From assembly GCA_964613395.1 (NCBI GenBank), contig CAZTGO010000002.1:159631-223630 (forward strand): a stretch of DNA of 64,000 nt. The letters run 5' to 3'. Source of the DNA: an uncultured Candidatus Poseidoniales archaeon. Lineage in GTDB: Archaea; Thermoplasmatota; Poseidoniia; Poseidoniales; Poseidoniaceae. Below the pieces are notes generated by a model. It saw only the letters and a list, made by a program, of their open reading frames with translations, was not told the origin of the DNA and made no database searches. Below are positions 18,741 through 27,292 of the stretch, piece after piece. The first letter of the stretch is position 1. Each line of letters begins with the position of its first letter. Both the position numbers and the translations under genes were made by a program.

Positions 18741-20422
18741 GCGGCACGAAGTTCAGTTGCACGGAGTTGCGGATCCCTTGACGGTACATCCACATCTGTT
18801 GCTATAATCATCATACCCTGTTCGTCAATAATCGTTCTACCCTTTACTTCAAGGAAATTTGTGAGTAACTTGGAACGTAGATCCATAATCAACGCATCGT
18901 GTCCTTCAATTGCAGATTTCTTGAAATCTGCTTCTGACATCTCCGAGAGTTTCAAGGAAATCTCTTTGTTGACGAGAAGAGATGATGTCGTTCCGTTATC
19001 ATCGATGATGAGACGCAATCGGATATCTTCAACACCCTCTCTTTCACCATGCTCAAAGCACGAACCCTCTCTCATGACTCTTCGACATTCCGGGCATCGA
19101 CTAATCATGCCAGAATCTTCTTTGACACTGACAACGATGCCTTTCGTTTGTATTCCAACCCTTGATCCTCCAGCAGCAAGTTCATCCAGAGGAGCCTCAA
19201 CGAAATGAGAATTCGGGTCTATCTCACCTTCCCAAGCAGGCTCATCCAACATCGTGATTTGGTGAGATGAATCAACTGTAATGTCGGGTATGCCTTGCCA
19301 AGCAGTGATTCGAGCCGAAGTTACTTTGAGAAAGACTGGAAGGTCTTCTTCACTAAATGATATATCATCCCAGATTGTCATTTTGCACTGCCCAGTTGGG
19401 TCGATAACTTGTGCAGACCAAAGGTGCTTTTCTTGACCATCGCGTTCAAATTTTCGTTGCATGATCTCTGTGACCTGTACGATGATGTCTGTATCTCTTG
19501 ATCCATCTCGCAAGTCAGATATTGTAGCAAAAGAAGATTTTTTGAGGTCATCGATGGAAGCAAATTTTGAGTCATGATATGGTTCAATCTTTGTTGTTCT
19601 ACCAAAGTTTAATTCGGGTGTATCTCTAAATGTTCGTACTTGGGCACCTGTGATTTTGATGAGAGCCCCTACTTCCTGACTAAACGGTTCCCATGAGAGA
19701 AATCCAATATGCCCGGAGTCATCTGCAATACGACCGCGAACAATATCGATCGAACCCGAACCATCTTTGCGATGAATTTGGTCATTTTTTGTTGATAGCA
19801 CTCGGCCAACAACAGTGACATATCCATCATTCGGTAGTGCTGAAATATCAATTGGGTCTTCTGTCTTGAGTGAAGAACCAGACCCTTCTTGTAAAAGAAC
19901 AATTCTTGAACTTTGGTTGATGTTGAGAGACCTTTTGCCGTTATATTCATTGACGGAAGCTCCTTCAATTCGCACAATACTACCTGGGAGCAATTGAGAA
20001 TTGCTTCCCCAATCTTTGTATTCCCATTGCGTCCTTTTTTCCTCATTCTCCCATGGTAAATCTTGTAACATTCCAAAAGCGATTTGACGTTCTTCTCCTC
20101 GAATGAGTTGTTGACGAAGGTTGTGAGTGACGACCATTACCTCAATTTCAACATCTTTGTCCTCGCTTCCCAATTCACTTAACTGAGCTACTTTCTTCGT
20201 TTGACGTTGCTGTCTCGGTTTTGATTGTGATGGGGCATCAGAATCGCTTTGAAACTTCCTTAATACTGATCGAAGTGCATCTTGCGGCGGAATGTAAAAC
20301 TCATTTTCATATTTTTCAAACGCTGCATGGATGTCATCAGCAGATGCTTCGGGTATTTCTTTCAATACCGCTTCGATATAATCGGAATACTTCGAATCAG
20401 ACATGAAAAATGCCTCCGCCAA
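18725..20422 (-). CDS. rpa: replication protein A large subunit (multiple OB folds plus C4-type zinc ribbon). The annotated start at 20422 is a TTG; an ATG at 20404 (MSDSKY...) is an alternative.
   Basis: 565 aa; repeated OB-fold segments; zinc ribbon CPECRRVMREGSCFEHG in the C-terminal third. Confidence 0.8.
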   Translation of the reverse strand: MAEAFFMSDSKYSDYIEAVLKEIPEASADDIHAAFEKYENEFYIPPQDALRSVLRKFQSDSDAPSQSKPRQQRQTKKVAQLSELGSEDKDVEIEVMVVTHNLRQQLIRGEERQIAFGMLQDLPWENEEKRTQWEYKDWGSNSQLLPGSIVRIEGASVNEYNGKRSLNINQSSRIVLLQEGSGSSLKTEDPIDISALPNDGYVTVVGRVLSTKNDQIHRKDGSGSIDIVRGRIADDSGHIGFLSWEPFSQEVGALIKITGAQVRTFRDTPELNFGRTTKIEPYHDSKFASIDDLKKSSFATISDLRDGSRDTDIIVQVTEIMQRKFERDGQEKHLWSAQVIDPTGQCKMTIWDDISFSEEDLPVFLKVTSARITAWQGIPDITVDSSHQITMLDEPAWEGEIDPNSHFVEAPLDELAAGGSRVGIQTKGIVVSVKEDSGMISRCPECRRVMREGSCFEHGEREGVEDIRLRLIIDDNGTTSSLLVNKEISLKLSEMSEADFKKSAIEGHDALIMDLRSKLLTNFLEVKGRTIIDEQGMMIIATDVDVPSRDPQLRATELRAAWGWN

Positions 20423-20576
20423 GCAATATTTTTTCGGGCCTGACGAGAGGACAGGCTATGGTTATTCGTGCGGGTTGGGGAAGACAGTACACTCCATTTA
20501 CCTCCATAGACTAATCCTCCTTCGACGACAGGGTATAAACAATTTCATTGGAAATTATTGCATCAAGGTCGAGCAA

Positions 20577-21962
20577 TTAAGCAGGATTAACTCTAATACT
20601 GGATTGTAATGCAACATCGGGCAGGTGGTATCTTCCCCGCACAGAAGTCTCATTTCCTAATTCGACATTTGATTGAAGGGCGGCGACGAGGTTTCCCGAG
20701 ATACCAGCTTGGGAGAGCGGTCCGACAATTTCTCCGTTTTCAATTCGAAGTATGGTGCTTGAAGTCACGGAGAAATCACCTGAAGTTGGATTTGCTGTGT
20801 GTGCACCCATGACGCTTTGAATAAGATATCCAGTATCAATGATTTCGAGTAATGCTTCTCTGCTATGTTGATTGTTTGAGGTTTCAAAAATCATTTCAGA
20901 GCAGGATGTTGATGGTGGTGATTGGTAACTGGAACGAAAAGCAGAACCAGTTGATTTTGCGGATTCAACTTTGCCATCTTGTATCATTTCAGCAGCATCC
21001 CTGACCGACCAAAGTGAATTAGCTAATTTGCCACCTTGAATTAACGGCAATATTTGTGTAGGAACACCCTCGTCGTCACGAGAAGATGATGCCAACCCTC
21101 CTTCTAATCGTCCATGATTTGTAATTGAAATCGCTGGGTCAATGACTTGCTCACCAACTTTGTTCGACCACACTGAAATATTCCTTGCTAACCTTTCGCC
21201 TATTACTGAATTTGGAACAATGTATCGAAACAAACTTGAAAACGAGGAGGGGGTGAAAACGACCTTGGAATCTTCGGATTGAAGTGTATGTTTCAATGGA
21301 TTTTGTGTAGCTTCAGCCCAGTATAGAGCGTTATCAATACATTCAGGAATCGCCTTTAATTTTTTACGAGATGATTGGTGATCGTAACTCGAAGAGAAAG
21401 TTTCTTTGTCTATAGAAAGTTGCACTCCAATAGAATTCATAGTGGATTGACCAGACTCTTCAATCCCTGAACTTGAGATAAGACAAGAAGCGGTTGAAGA
21501 AATTTCAATACCCCCTCCTGTGACAACTGCGTTTTCATTTAATGATGCTACGTGAGATAAGATATCATCAGCGTTTTGGAGAAGTTCTTCTGAACTTGTT
21601 TTGACGATAGCATCATCATACATGCCACCGACTTTTGATGTGGGTTCAAGAGATGGTAGTTCAAAACCATCAATTTTAGGAGAGATTTTTGCGATTTTTT
21701 GTGCAAGTTCGATCGCAGCATTCACATTACTAACATCAACGACATGAGCAAATCCAAAGCGTCCATCTTCGACGACTCGAATGCCAAAGCCGCCTTCTCC
21801 TCCACCGCCAGCAAGACTGATTTTTCCAGCTTCAATTTCAACTTCTTCATTGTAGCCTTGAATTCCGACAATATCCCACTGCTCAACATCCGATTGGCGA
21901 CATGCTTGTGAAATAACATCAGCCTTTTCCATCAGCCTATCGAGTGCATCAGTTGGAATCAT
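20577..21962 (-). CDS. PmbA/TldE-family metalloprotease partner
   Basis: 461 aa, Gly-rich TldD/PmbA fold signature regions; directly downstream of tldD with a 3-nt spacer. Confidence 0.8.
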   Translation of the reverse strand: MIPTDALDRLMEKADVISQACRQSDVEQWDIVGIQGYNEEVEIEAGKISLAGGGGEGGFGIRVVEDGRFGFAHVVDVSNVNAAIELAQKIAKISPKIDGFELPSLEPTSKVGGMYDDAIVKTSSEELLQNADDILSHVASLNENAVVTGGGIEISSTASCLISSSGIEESGQSTMNSIGVQLSIDKETFSSSYDHQSSRKKLKAIPECIDNALYWAEATQNPLKHTLQSEDSKVVFTPSSFSSLFRYIVPNSVIGERLARNISVWSNKVGEQVIDPAISITNHGRLEGGLASSSRDDEGVPTQILPLIQGGKLANSLWSVRDAAEMIQDGKVESAKSTGSAFRSSYQSPPSTSCSEMIFETSNNQHSREALLEIIDTGYLIQSVMGAHTANPTSGDFSVTSSTILRIENGEIVGPLSQAGISGNLVAALQSNVELGNETSVRGRYHLPDVALQSSIRVNPA

Positions 21963-21965
21963 TGT

Positions 21966-23402
21966 TCAACCAACCAGTGCTTCTCGAATTCTCATCAACG
22001 GTCCGCCATCACCCACTGGAACTGTTTGCCCTTTTCCACAGAATCCGGGGGAGGCAATCATGGCATCTTTTGTCAAACCATCAACGTTCTTCAGAATTTC
22101 AAGCGTCATTCCGCTGACACTTACATCTTTGAGTGGTGTTGTCAATTCCCCATTTTCGATAAGCCATGATTCTTGGGCTGAGAATTGGAAGGACCCCCGT
22201 CCTGTATCGACTTGTCCTCCACGAGAGCCACATGCGTACACACCGTATTGGATGTCTTCGAGAAGATCGTCGAGGTCTTTGTGGTGACCACCTTGAATGA
22301 TGGTGTTCGACATTCTGACCATAGGGTGATGCAAACCATCTTGAGCACGGGCACCGGCATTTGGCTCAAGTTCAAAGTGATGCGCTGTTTCTCTGTGATT
22401 GAGATATTCGGTTAATACACCGTTTTTAATGAGTAATTTTTCTCTTGTGTTCAAGCCCTCGTCGTCGATTGGAAAGGCACCATATCCTCCTCGTATTGTT
22501 GGATCATCAACCACGGTTACGATCTCACTGCCAATTTTCTGTCCAAGTTTGCCATCGAGGCACGAGTCGCCTGCTGCAACGAGATCCGCTTCACATGGGT
22601 GGCCAAGTGCTTCATGGATGTAGACGCCAGTGAGATCTGGGTCAGCAACAAGAGGCATTTTTCCAGAAGGTGCAGATGATGCATGAAGAAGTCGAAGAGT
22701 TGCCTTTTCCGCTTTGGTTGCGAGCGCATCGATATCTGCGTCATCAATCAATTCTACGCCGCCCTCTCCGCCAACACGAGTCCTGTATGACATCACGTTA
22801 TCTCCATCTCTTCCCTCTAAGGTGGCATGCATGAGTGTTCTTTGAAATGACCAGACCCTATCCATTCCTTCCGATGTGATGAGTTCTGTGTGGATGTGTT
22901 CATCCATCCATCCGCATTTTACGGATTGGATAGAATCGTGCTTTACCGACGAAGTGAATTCACGCATGTGAGATAATTTCTCATCAAGTTCAGTAAATCG
23001 AACATCCTTTTTCGCTTCCCAATGTACTTCATCTTGGTAGATTGGTACTTCTGCTAAATCGATAGGCTTCATGTTTGCAGCTCTGCGATTAGCAACTGCC
23101 TTTGCGAGTTTTACGGTGGAGGGAACTTGCTCGTGAATTTGATGATAATCAGTAGTTGAATGAATCCCCCAGGAACCATCGACAAGAACTCGTAAGGTTA
23201 GTCCAACCTGCTGGCCTGGAACCGCAGATTCGATTTGACTGTCTTTCATCCGAATATCTGTTTCGGTGAGTGCAACCAGCCTTGCTTCTGCATATTGTGC
23301 TCCTTCTTGGATTGCCATGTCGATTGCTCTTCCAATTTTTTTAGCATCGAGATAGCGATTCGATTTCACTTCACTGGAGTTCCTTTCGGAAGAAATGACC
23401 AT
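21966..23402 (-). CDS. tldD: TldD-family zinc metalloprotease
   Basis: 478 aa; HExxxH motif IHEALGHPCEAD; GxC...GxG glycine-rich C-terminus. Confidence 0.85.
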   Translation of the reverse strand: MVISSERNSSEVKSNRYLDAKKIGRAIDMAIQEGAQYAEARLVALTETDIRMKDSQIESAVPGQQVGLTLRVLVDGSWGIHSTTDYHQIHEQVPSTVKLAKAVANRRAANMKPIDLAEVPIYQDEVHWEAKKDVRFTELDEKLSHMREFTSSVKHDSIQSVKCGWMDEHIHTELITSEGMDRVWSFQRTLMHATLEGRDGDNVMSYRTRVGGEGGVELIDDADIDALATKAEKATLRLLHASSAPSGKMPLVADPDLTGVYIHEALGHPCEADLVAAGDSCLDGKLGQKIGSEIVTVVDDPTIRGGYGAFPIDDEGLNTREKLLIKNGVLTEYLNHRETAHHFELEPNAGARAQDGLHHPMVRMSNTIIQGGHHKDLDDLLEDIQYGVYACGSRGGQVDTGRGSFQFSAQESWLIENGELTTPLKDVSVSGMTLEILKNVDGLTKDAMIASPGFCGKGQTVPVGDGGPLMRIREALVG

Positions 23403-23447
23403 GACAAGCCTAGAGTGGTGGAGTCCTTTAACCCTCCTAAAATGTGC

Positions 23448-23993
23448 TTAGGACTGTAAGTCCGCTTGGTGAATGTGTGCAATTGAACATTGCTCGATAT
23501 CCATTGACTGAATGTCGTTAGAAATACCAAGTTGGGTCAAACTTGATGTGGAGGGGGCTGGCTTTCTATCTTCAAGATAACATTGCATTTGTTCGAGGAT
23601 TTGGACTGCAACATCTTGAACATCTTCATCGACCACATCGATGACATGTTGAGTCTCTGTATCGTCGGAAAAAATAGCATGTGGTAAAAAAAGTAACCAC
23701 CCTTGTTCATCATTGAGATTAACTCCAGAACGAGCAAATGCTTCAGAGACATGATGTGTTCCAGACAAATAACGAAGAAATTCGGCGTCTATTGTGCGGG
23801 CGAGTGAAGATTTTCTGTGAAAACGACGAGTACAGGCTTCCCATGCAGTCCACAGTTGTAAATCGGAGATGACCACATCATTGTTGCAGAGGACCCAGTG
23901 GTGATTTGGCCGAACATCGATGAATTGTTGTATAATGTCCCGGTCGAATTCACCATCGTTCTTTTTCCAAGCAAACTTGGGAAATTGTTGCAT
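23448..23993 (-). CDS. Cgi121-like protein (possible KEOPS subunit)
   Basis: 181 aa; segment LRYLSGTHHVSEAFARSGVNLNDEQGWLLFL resembles the Cgi121 core ASGQRQIHEAIKIIGAK...; size appropriate. Confidence 0.4.
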   Translation of the reverse strand: MQQFPKFAWKKNDGEFDRDIIQQFIDVRPNHHWVLCNNDVVISDLQLWTAWEACTRRFHRKSSLARTIDAEFLRYLSGTHHVSEAFARSGVNLNDEQGWLLFLPHAIFSDDTETQHVIDVVDEDVQDVAVQILEQMQCYLEDRKPAPSTSSLTQLGISNDIQSMDIEQCSIAHIHQADLQS

Positions 23994-24022
23994 GCTTCTC
24001 CCTCCATCTTCATGTTTTTGAA

Positions 24023-26602
24023 TCAGTCGCTTCGTTCACCTTCAAGAGGTGTATCATCGAATCGAGGTTTCCCTTTCTTCCGGCTTGCTTTCGTTACTTT
24101 TCGTATTTCATTCAGAATTGATTCGACTAAAACCGGGCCCCATCCTCTTTTGCTTTCGAGTTCAGCACGTTGATGAGAATTCATCGCCATCACATCTTTT
24201 GGTGTCCGCAAATTCATTTGAGCCAATTCTCGGGCGCGCTGACGACCTACATTACGAATGTTGACGAGTTGAAGCAGATCCTCTTTACACCCATGCCGAA
24301 TTCTTTGCTTAGCAAGTCCAAACAATTGTGCAATTTCTGCGATGTGTGTCGAATGCTCATGCGAAAAAACATCATCGAGGAGAAGGATTTCTTTTGAGCA
24401 ATACAGAAGCCATTCAGAGATTGATGTTCGGTGATGAACATCGCCTGGGGCAACATCAAACAACTGTTCTAGTGTTCGAAATGAGTCCTCTTCGCACCAT
24501 TGTTCAAGCATCCAAGCACTTTTTACTCTTCCAATCATATCCTCAAGATACGTTTGGTCAAGAACAAATTCATCCTCAGCACTGTTCATTTTCAAGAAGA
24601 TTTTTGAATTTGGTTCCAAATCTTTCGATTTCGCCCAAAGAGATGGGAAATCAGGGGTTGAACAAACAAGATGAAGTATCCCGAGGGTTGTGATAGGTCC
24701 GTCTTGACGTACTGAACGGCGAACAAGTCGCCTCAAACCCTTTCGAAGTATTGTGGCGGATAAAGGATCAATGTACATCTGAGATATTCGAATGCCCAAT
24801 TCCGTCCCTTCAAATTGAAAGTTGTAATCGTTTGAATATTGGGCAACGACTTCATCTGAGTTTTGCATCCGTTGTGCTGTTTGAAAGCCAAACACAGGAG
24901 ATGAATGAGCACTCGTTTTTGCATCCTCTTTGTTCGTTCCATAAACGACACCTTCGGTTTCTTGAGCTGCAGTCACCCAGGATGGGATGGAGTCATCCCA
25001 TGGCTCATCATTCTCAGCACTTGTGTTGAGGATCACCTCAGATTCGATATATTCGTTATCTGGGCCAAGGTCGCGAATAAAGCGTTCATCGATAAGCCAT
25101 TGAATCATTTGAGTTATTCGTTCTTCTAATTGCGAGAACGGGAGGGATGTACCAAGAAATGTGTGTTTAAAAAATTCAAGGATACGGCCTTTGTGGTGGT
25201 ATCCTCCTGTTGAGATAAGAGCGAGAAGGTGCATTCGTAATGCAGGTTCAGATGCTAGTTTGGATGAAATATTTTCCACCTGCCCAAAGAAATAACGTTG
25301 TGCAACTGCATCTGCCTCTTCCCATCCGTCAGAATTCTTGCAGTAGATCCATGCTTCGCCCTTTGTGTCATATTTTGGGCGACCAGCCCTGCCCATCATT
25401 TGTCGAACCTCCATGATGGGTAAAGGCCGATTGAAACCATCATCCCATCTTTTTAAATCACGAATAAGGACTCTGCGGGCTGGTAGATTCACACCTGCAG
25501 CCAATGTTGGTGTCGCAGTGAGTGCAATGAGTTCACCGTTTTTGAAGGAATTTTCAATCAATTTCCTTTGTTGGTGCGTTAATCCAGCGTGATGAAAAGC
25601 GACGCCACCACGAACTGCATCGGCAAGGTGGTCTGAAATACTTGATTGTGAGGAGGATTTAGAAATCTGTTTGCTCAATTCTTCAAGGCGTTGAAGTTTG
25701 AATGAATTTTCCTTTTTTAGCCGCTTGAGAACTCGTTTTGCTAGATTTCGTGCTTCTGCCTGTGCGCTCTTACGAGTGCCTACAAACAATAGAACCTGTG
25801 AATCCTCATTCATTGCATCGTCGACAACACTCCATACCGGGTGAGACACTAAACCTTCCAACGTACGTGGTGGTGAAAGAGTTCTTTCTTGAGCCCCATG
25901 ACCTTGAATTTTTCTCGGCTCAACATGAAAGTTGTGAAATGTCGAATATTCCAGGTCAACGGGTCGCCATTCGGACACGATCAGTTCGGCCTCGAGCCAA
26001 AAGGCTAGGTCTTTGACATTACCCACTGTCGCTGATAATGCAATGATTTGTGCATGGGGATAGTGTAGTCGCAACCTTGTGAGGTTCATCTCAAGCGTAG
26101 GTCCTCGTGTTGCGTCATTCATGAGGTGGAATTCGTCTGCCACGATGCATTTTAAGTGTTCAAACAACTCACTTCTGTGTCGCAATAATGAGTCTAATTT
26201 TTCGGATGTGCAGACAATGATGTCGGCTTTGTCAATATTTCTTGTTTCAGAAGATGCGTCACCAATCGCAAGTCCAATTTGTAGGCCTAGATGCGTACCA
26301 ATCTCAACCAATTCCTCATATTTTTCACTCGCCAAAGCTTTGAGTGGAACGATGTAAATTGCTTTTGCGAGTTGTGTATCCCGAATCGAATGAACAATGC
26401 CACAATATGCGAGTAATGATTTTCCTGACGCAGTAGGAATACATACCAAAGTATTCTTCCCCTCTAGAATGGGTTCAATCGCCTGGGACTGAGGGGGATA
26501 TAATTGTTCAATACCCCACTTTTTCGTTAGAAATTTCTTGAACTTTTCATCGATTGAAAGGGAATTTATCGTTGTCCCTTCAATTGTCATGTTGAGAGAC
26601 AA
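24023..26602 (-). CDS. hel308: Hel308/Ski2-type DNA helicase
   Basis: 859 aa; motif I PTASGKS, motif II DEFH, motif VI QMMGRAGRP, ratchet region, C-terminal helix-hairpin-helix domain. Confidence 0.9.
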   Translation of the reverse strand: MSLNMTIEGTTINSLSIDEKFKKFLTKKWGIEQLYPPQSQAIEPILEGKNTLVCIPTASGKSLLAYCGIVHSIRDTQLAKAIYIVPLKALASEKYEELVEIGTHLGLQIGLAIGDASSETRNIDKADIIVCTSEKLDSLLRHRSELFEHLKCIVADEFHLMNDATRGPTLEMNLTRLRLHYPHAQIIALSATVGNVKDLAFWLEAELIVSEWRPVDLEYSTFHNFHVEPRKIQGHGAQERTLSPPRTLEGLVSHPVWSVVDDAMNEDSQVLLFVGTRKSAQAEARNLAKRVLKRLKKENSFKLQRLEELSKQISKSSSQSSISDHLADAVRGGVAFHHAGLTHQQRKLIENSFKNGELIALTATPTLAAGVNLPARRVLIRDLKRWDDGFNRPLPIMEVRQMMGRAGRPKYDTKGEAWIYCKNSDGWEEADAVAQRYFFGQVENISSKLASEPALRMHLLALISTGGYHHKGRILEFFKHTFLGTSLPFSQLEERITQMIQWLIDERFIRDLGPDNEYIESEVILNTSAENDEPWDDSIPSWVTAAQETEGVVYGTNKEDAKTSAHSSPVFGFQTAQRMQNSDEVVAQYSNDYNFQFEGTELGIRISQMYIDPLSATILRKGLRRLVRRSVRQDGPITTLGILHLVCSTPDFPSLWAKSKDLEPNSKIFLKMNSAEDEFVLDQTYLEDMIGRVKSAWMLEQWCEEDSFRTLEQLFDVAPGDVHHRTSISEWLLYCSKEILLLDDVFSHEHSTHIAEIAQLFGLAKQRIRHGCKEDLLQLVNIRNVGRQRARELAQMNLRTPKDVMAMNSHQRAELESKRGWGPVLVESILNEIRKVTKASRKKGKPRFDDTPLEGERSD

Positions 26603-26628
26603 GTGTCAATAGTCCAAAAGGAAAACGG

Positions 26629-27291
26629 ATGAAATTTTGGCCGACATACCTAAGACCTTCTTCGGTGTCAGTACTAACCATGAGCGATGAGATGGAAGAA
26701 CTGGTTGACCAACGACTTTCGGTTTTTGATGATGAACCAGACCTTAATGACTGGGTCGAAATCATGTGCGGTGCTGCGATGGCAGTGCTAGGAATATTCC
26801 ATCTAGTCAGCCCAGGTAATCTCGTTGATGAGAATATTATGAGATGGTTTGCTTCCGCTGTTGTTGCAGCCGGAGCAATTTGGGCCGGGCATGGATTAAA
26901 GGACATGGCAGTGAAAGAAGTTCGTCGCTCAATTGCACTCATGGACATCGCAAACCAATCTGAAGATATCAACCACGGATTGATTCGTGATGTGTTACTT
27001 AATCCAGAAGCATACACTGAATTTTTGATGAGTGCTTATGACTCAGCATGGGAAGATGGAGTCATTTCTGACTCTGAATATGAAGAACTGAAATCGTTCC
27101 AAAAGGCATTGGGCATCTCTGATGAAGATGCTGCAAAGATGAACGTAGAAGCAGCGATTAAGTCAGCTGCAAAAGATGGTGAGATCACAGATGCCGAGCG
27201 TTCAATGATTGAAAAAGCCGCTTCCGAAGCGAAGATGGATGTTGACCAAGTGATTGAGGACGCAGAATCCAAAGCCAAGAAAAAAGAGTGA
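26629..27291 (+). CDS. hypothetical membrane protein with two TM helices and C-terminal tandem acidic helical repeats
   Basis: 220 aa (likely start MSDEMEEL...); repeats ISDSEYEELKSFQKALGISDEDAAKM and ITDAERSMIEKAASEAKMDVDQV. Confidence 0.45.
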   Translation: MKFWPTYLRPSSVSVLTMSDEMEELVDQRLSVFDDEPDLNDWVEIMCGAAMAVLGIFHLVSPGNLVDENIMRWFASAVVAAGAIWAGHGLKDMAVKEVRRSIALMDIANQSEDINHGLIRDVLLNPEAYTEFLMSAYDSAWEDGVISDSEYEELKSFQKALGISDEDAAKMNVEAAIKSAAKDGEITDAERSMIEKAASEAKMDVDQVIEDAESKAKKKE

Positions 27292-27292
27292 G

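Noticed and set aside
20423-20576. Candidate structured RNA or terminator hairpin (GCCTGacgagaggaCAGGC preceded by a T-run) in the 154-nt spacer between pmbA and the RPA gene
   Set aside because: The stem is short (5 bp). The T-run is on the wrong side for a minus-strand terminator. There is no tRNA-like cloverleaf or conserved ncRNA signature that I can verify by eye.
26580-27017. 145-aa minus-strand ORF overlapping the 3' end of hel308 and the 26629-27291 gene
   Set aside because: It overlaps two better-supported genes and its composition looks like a translated antisense frame.
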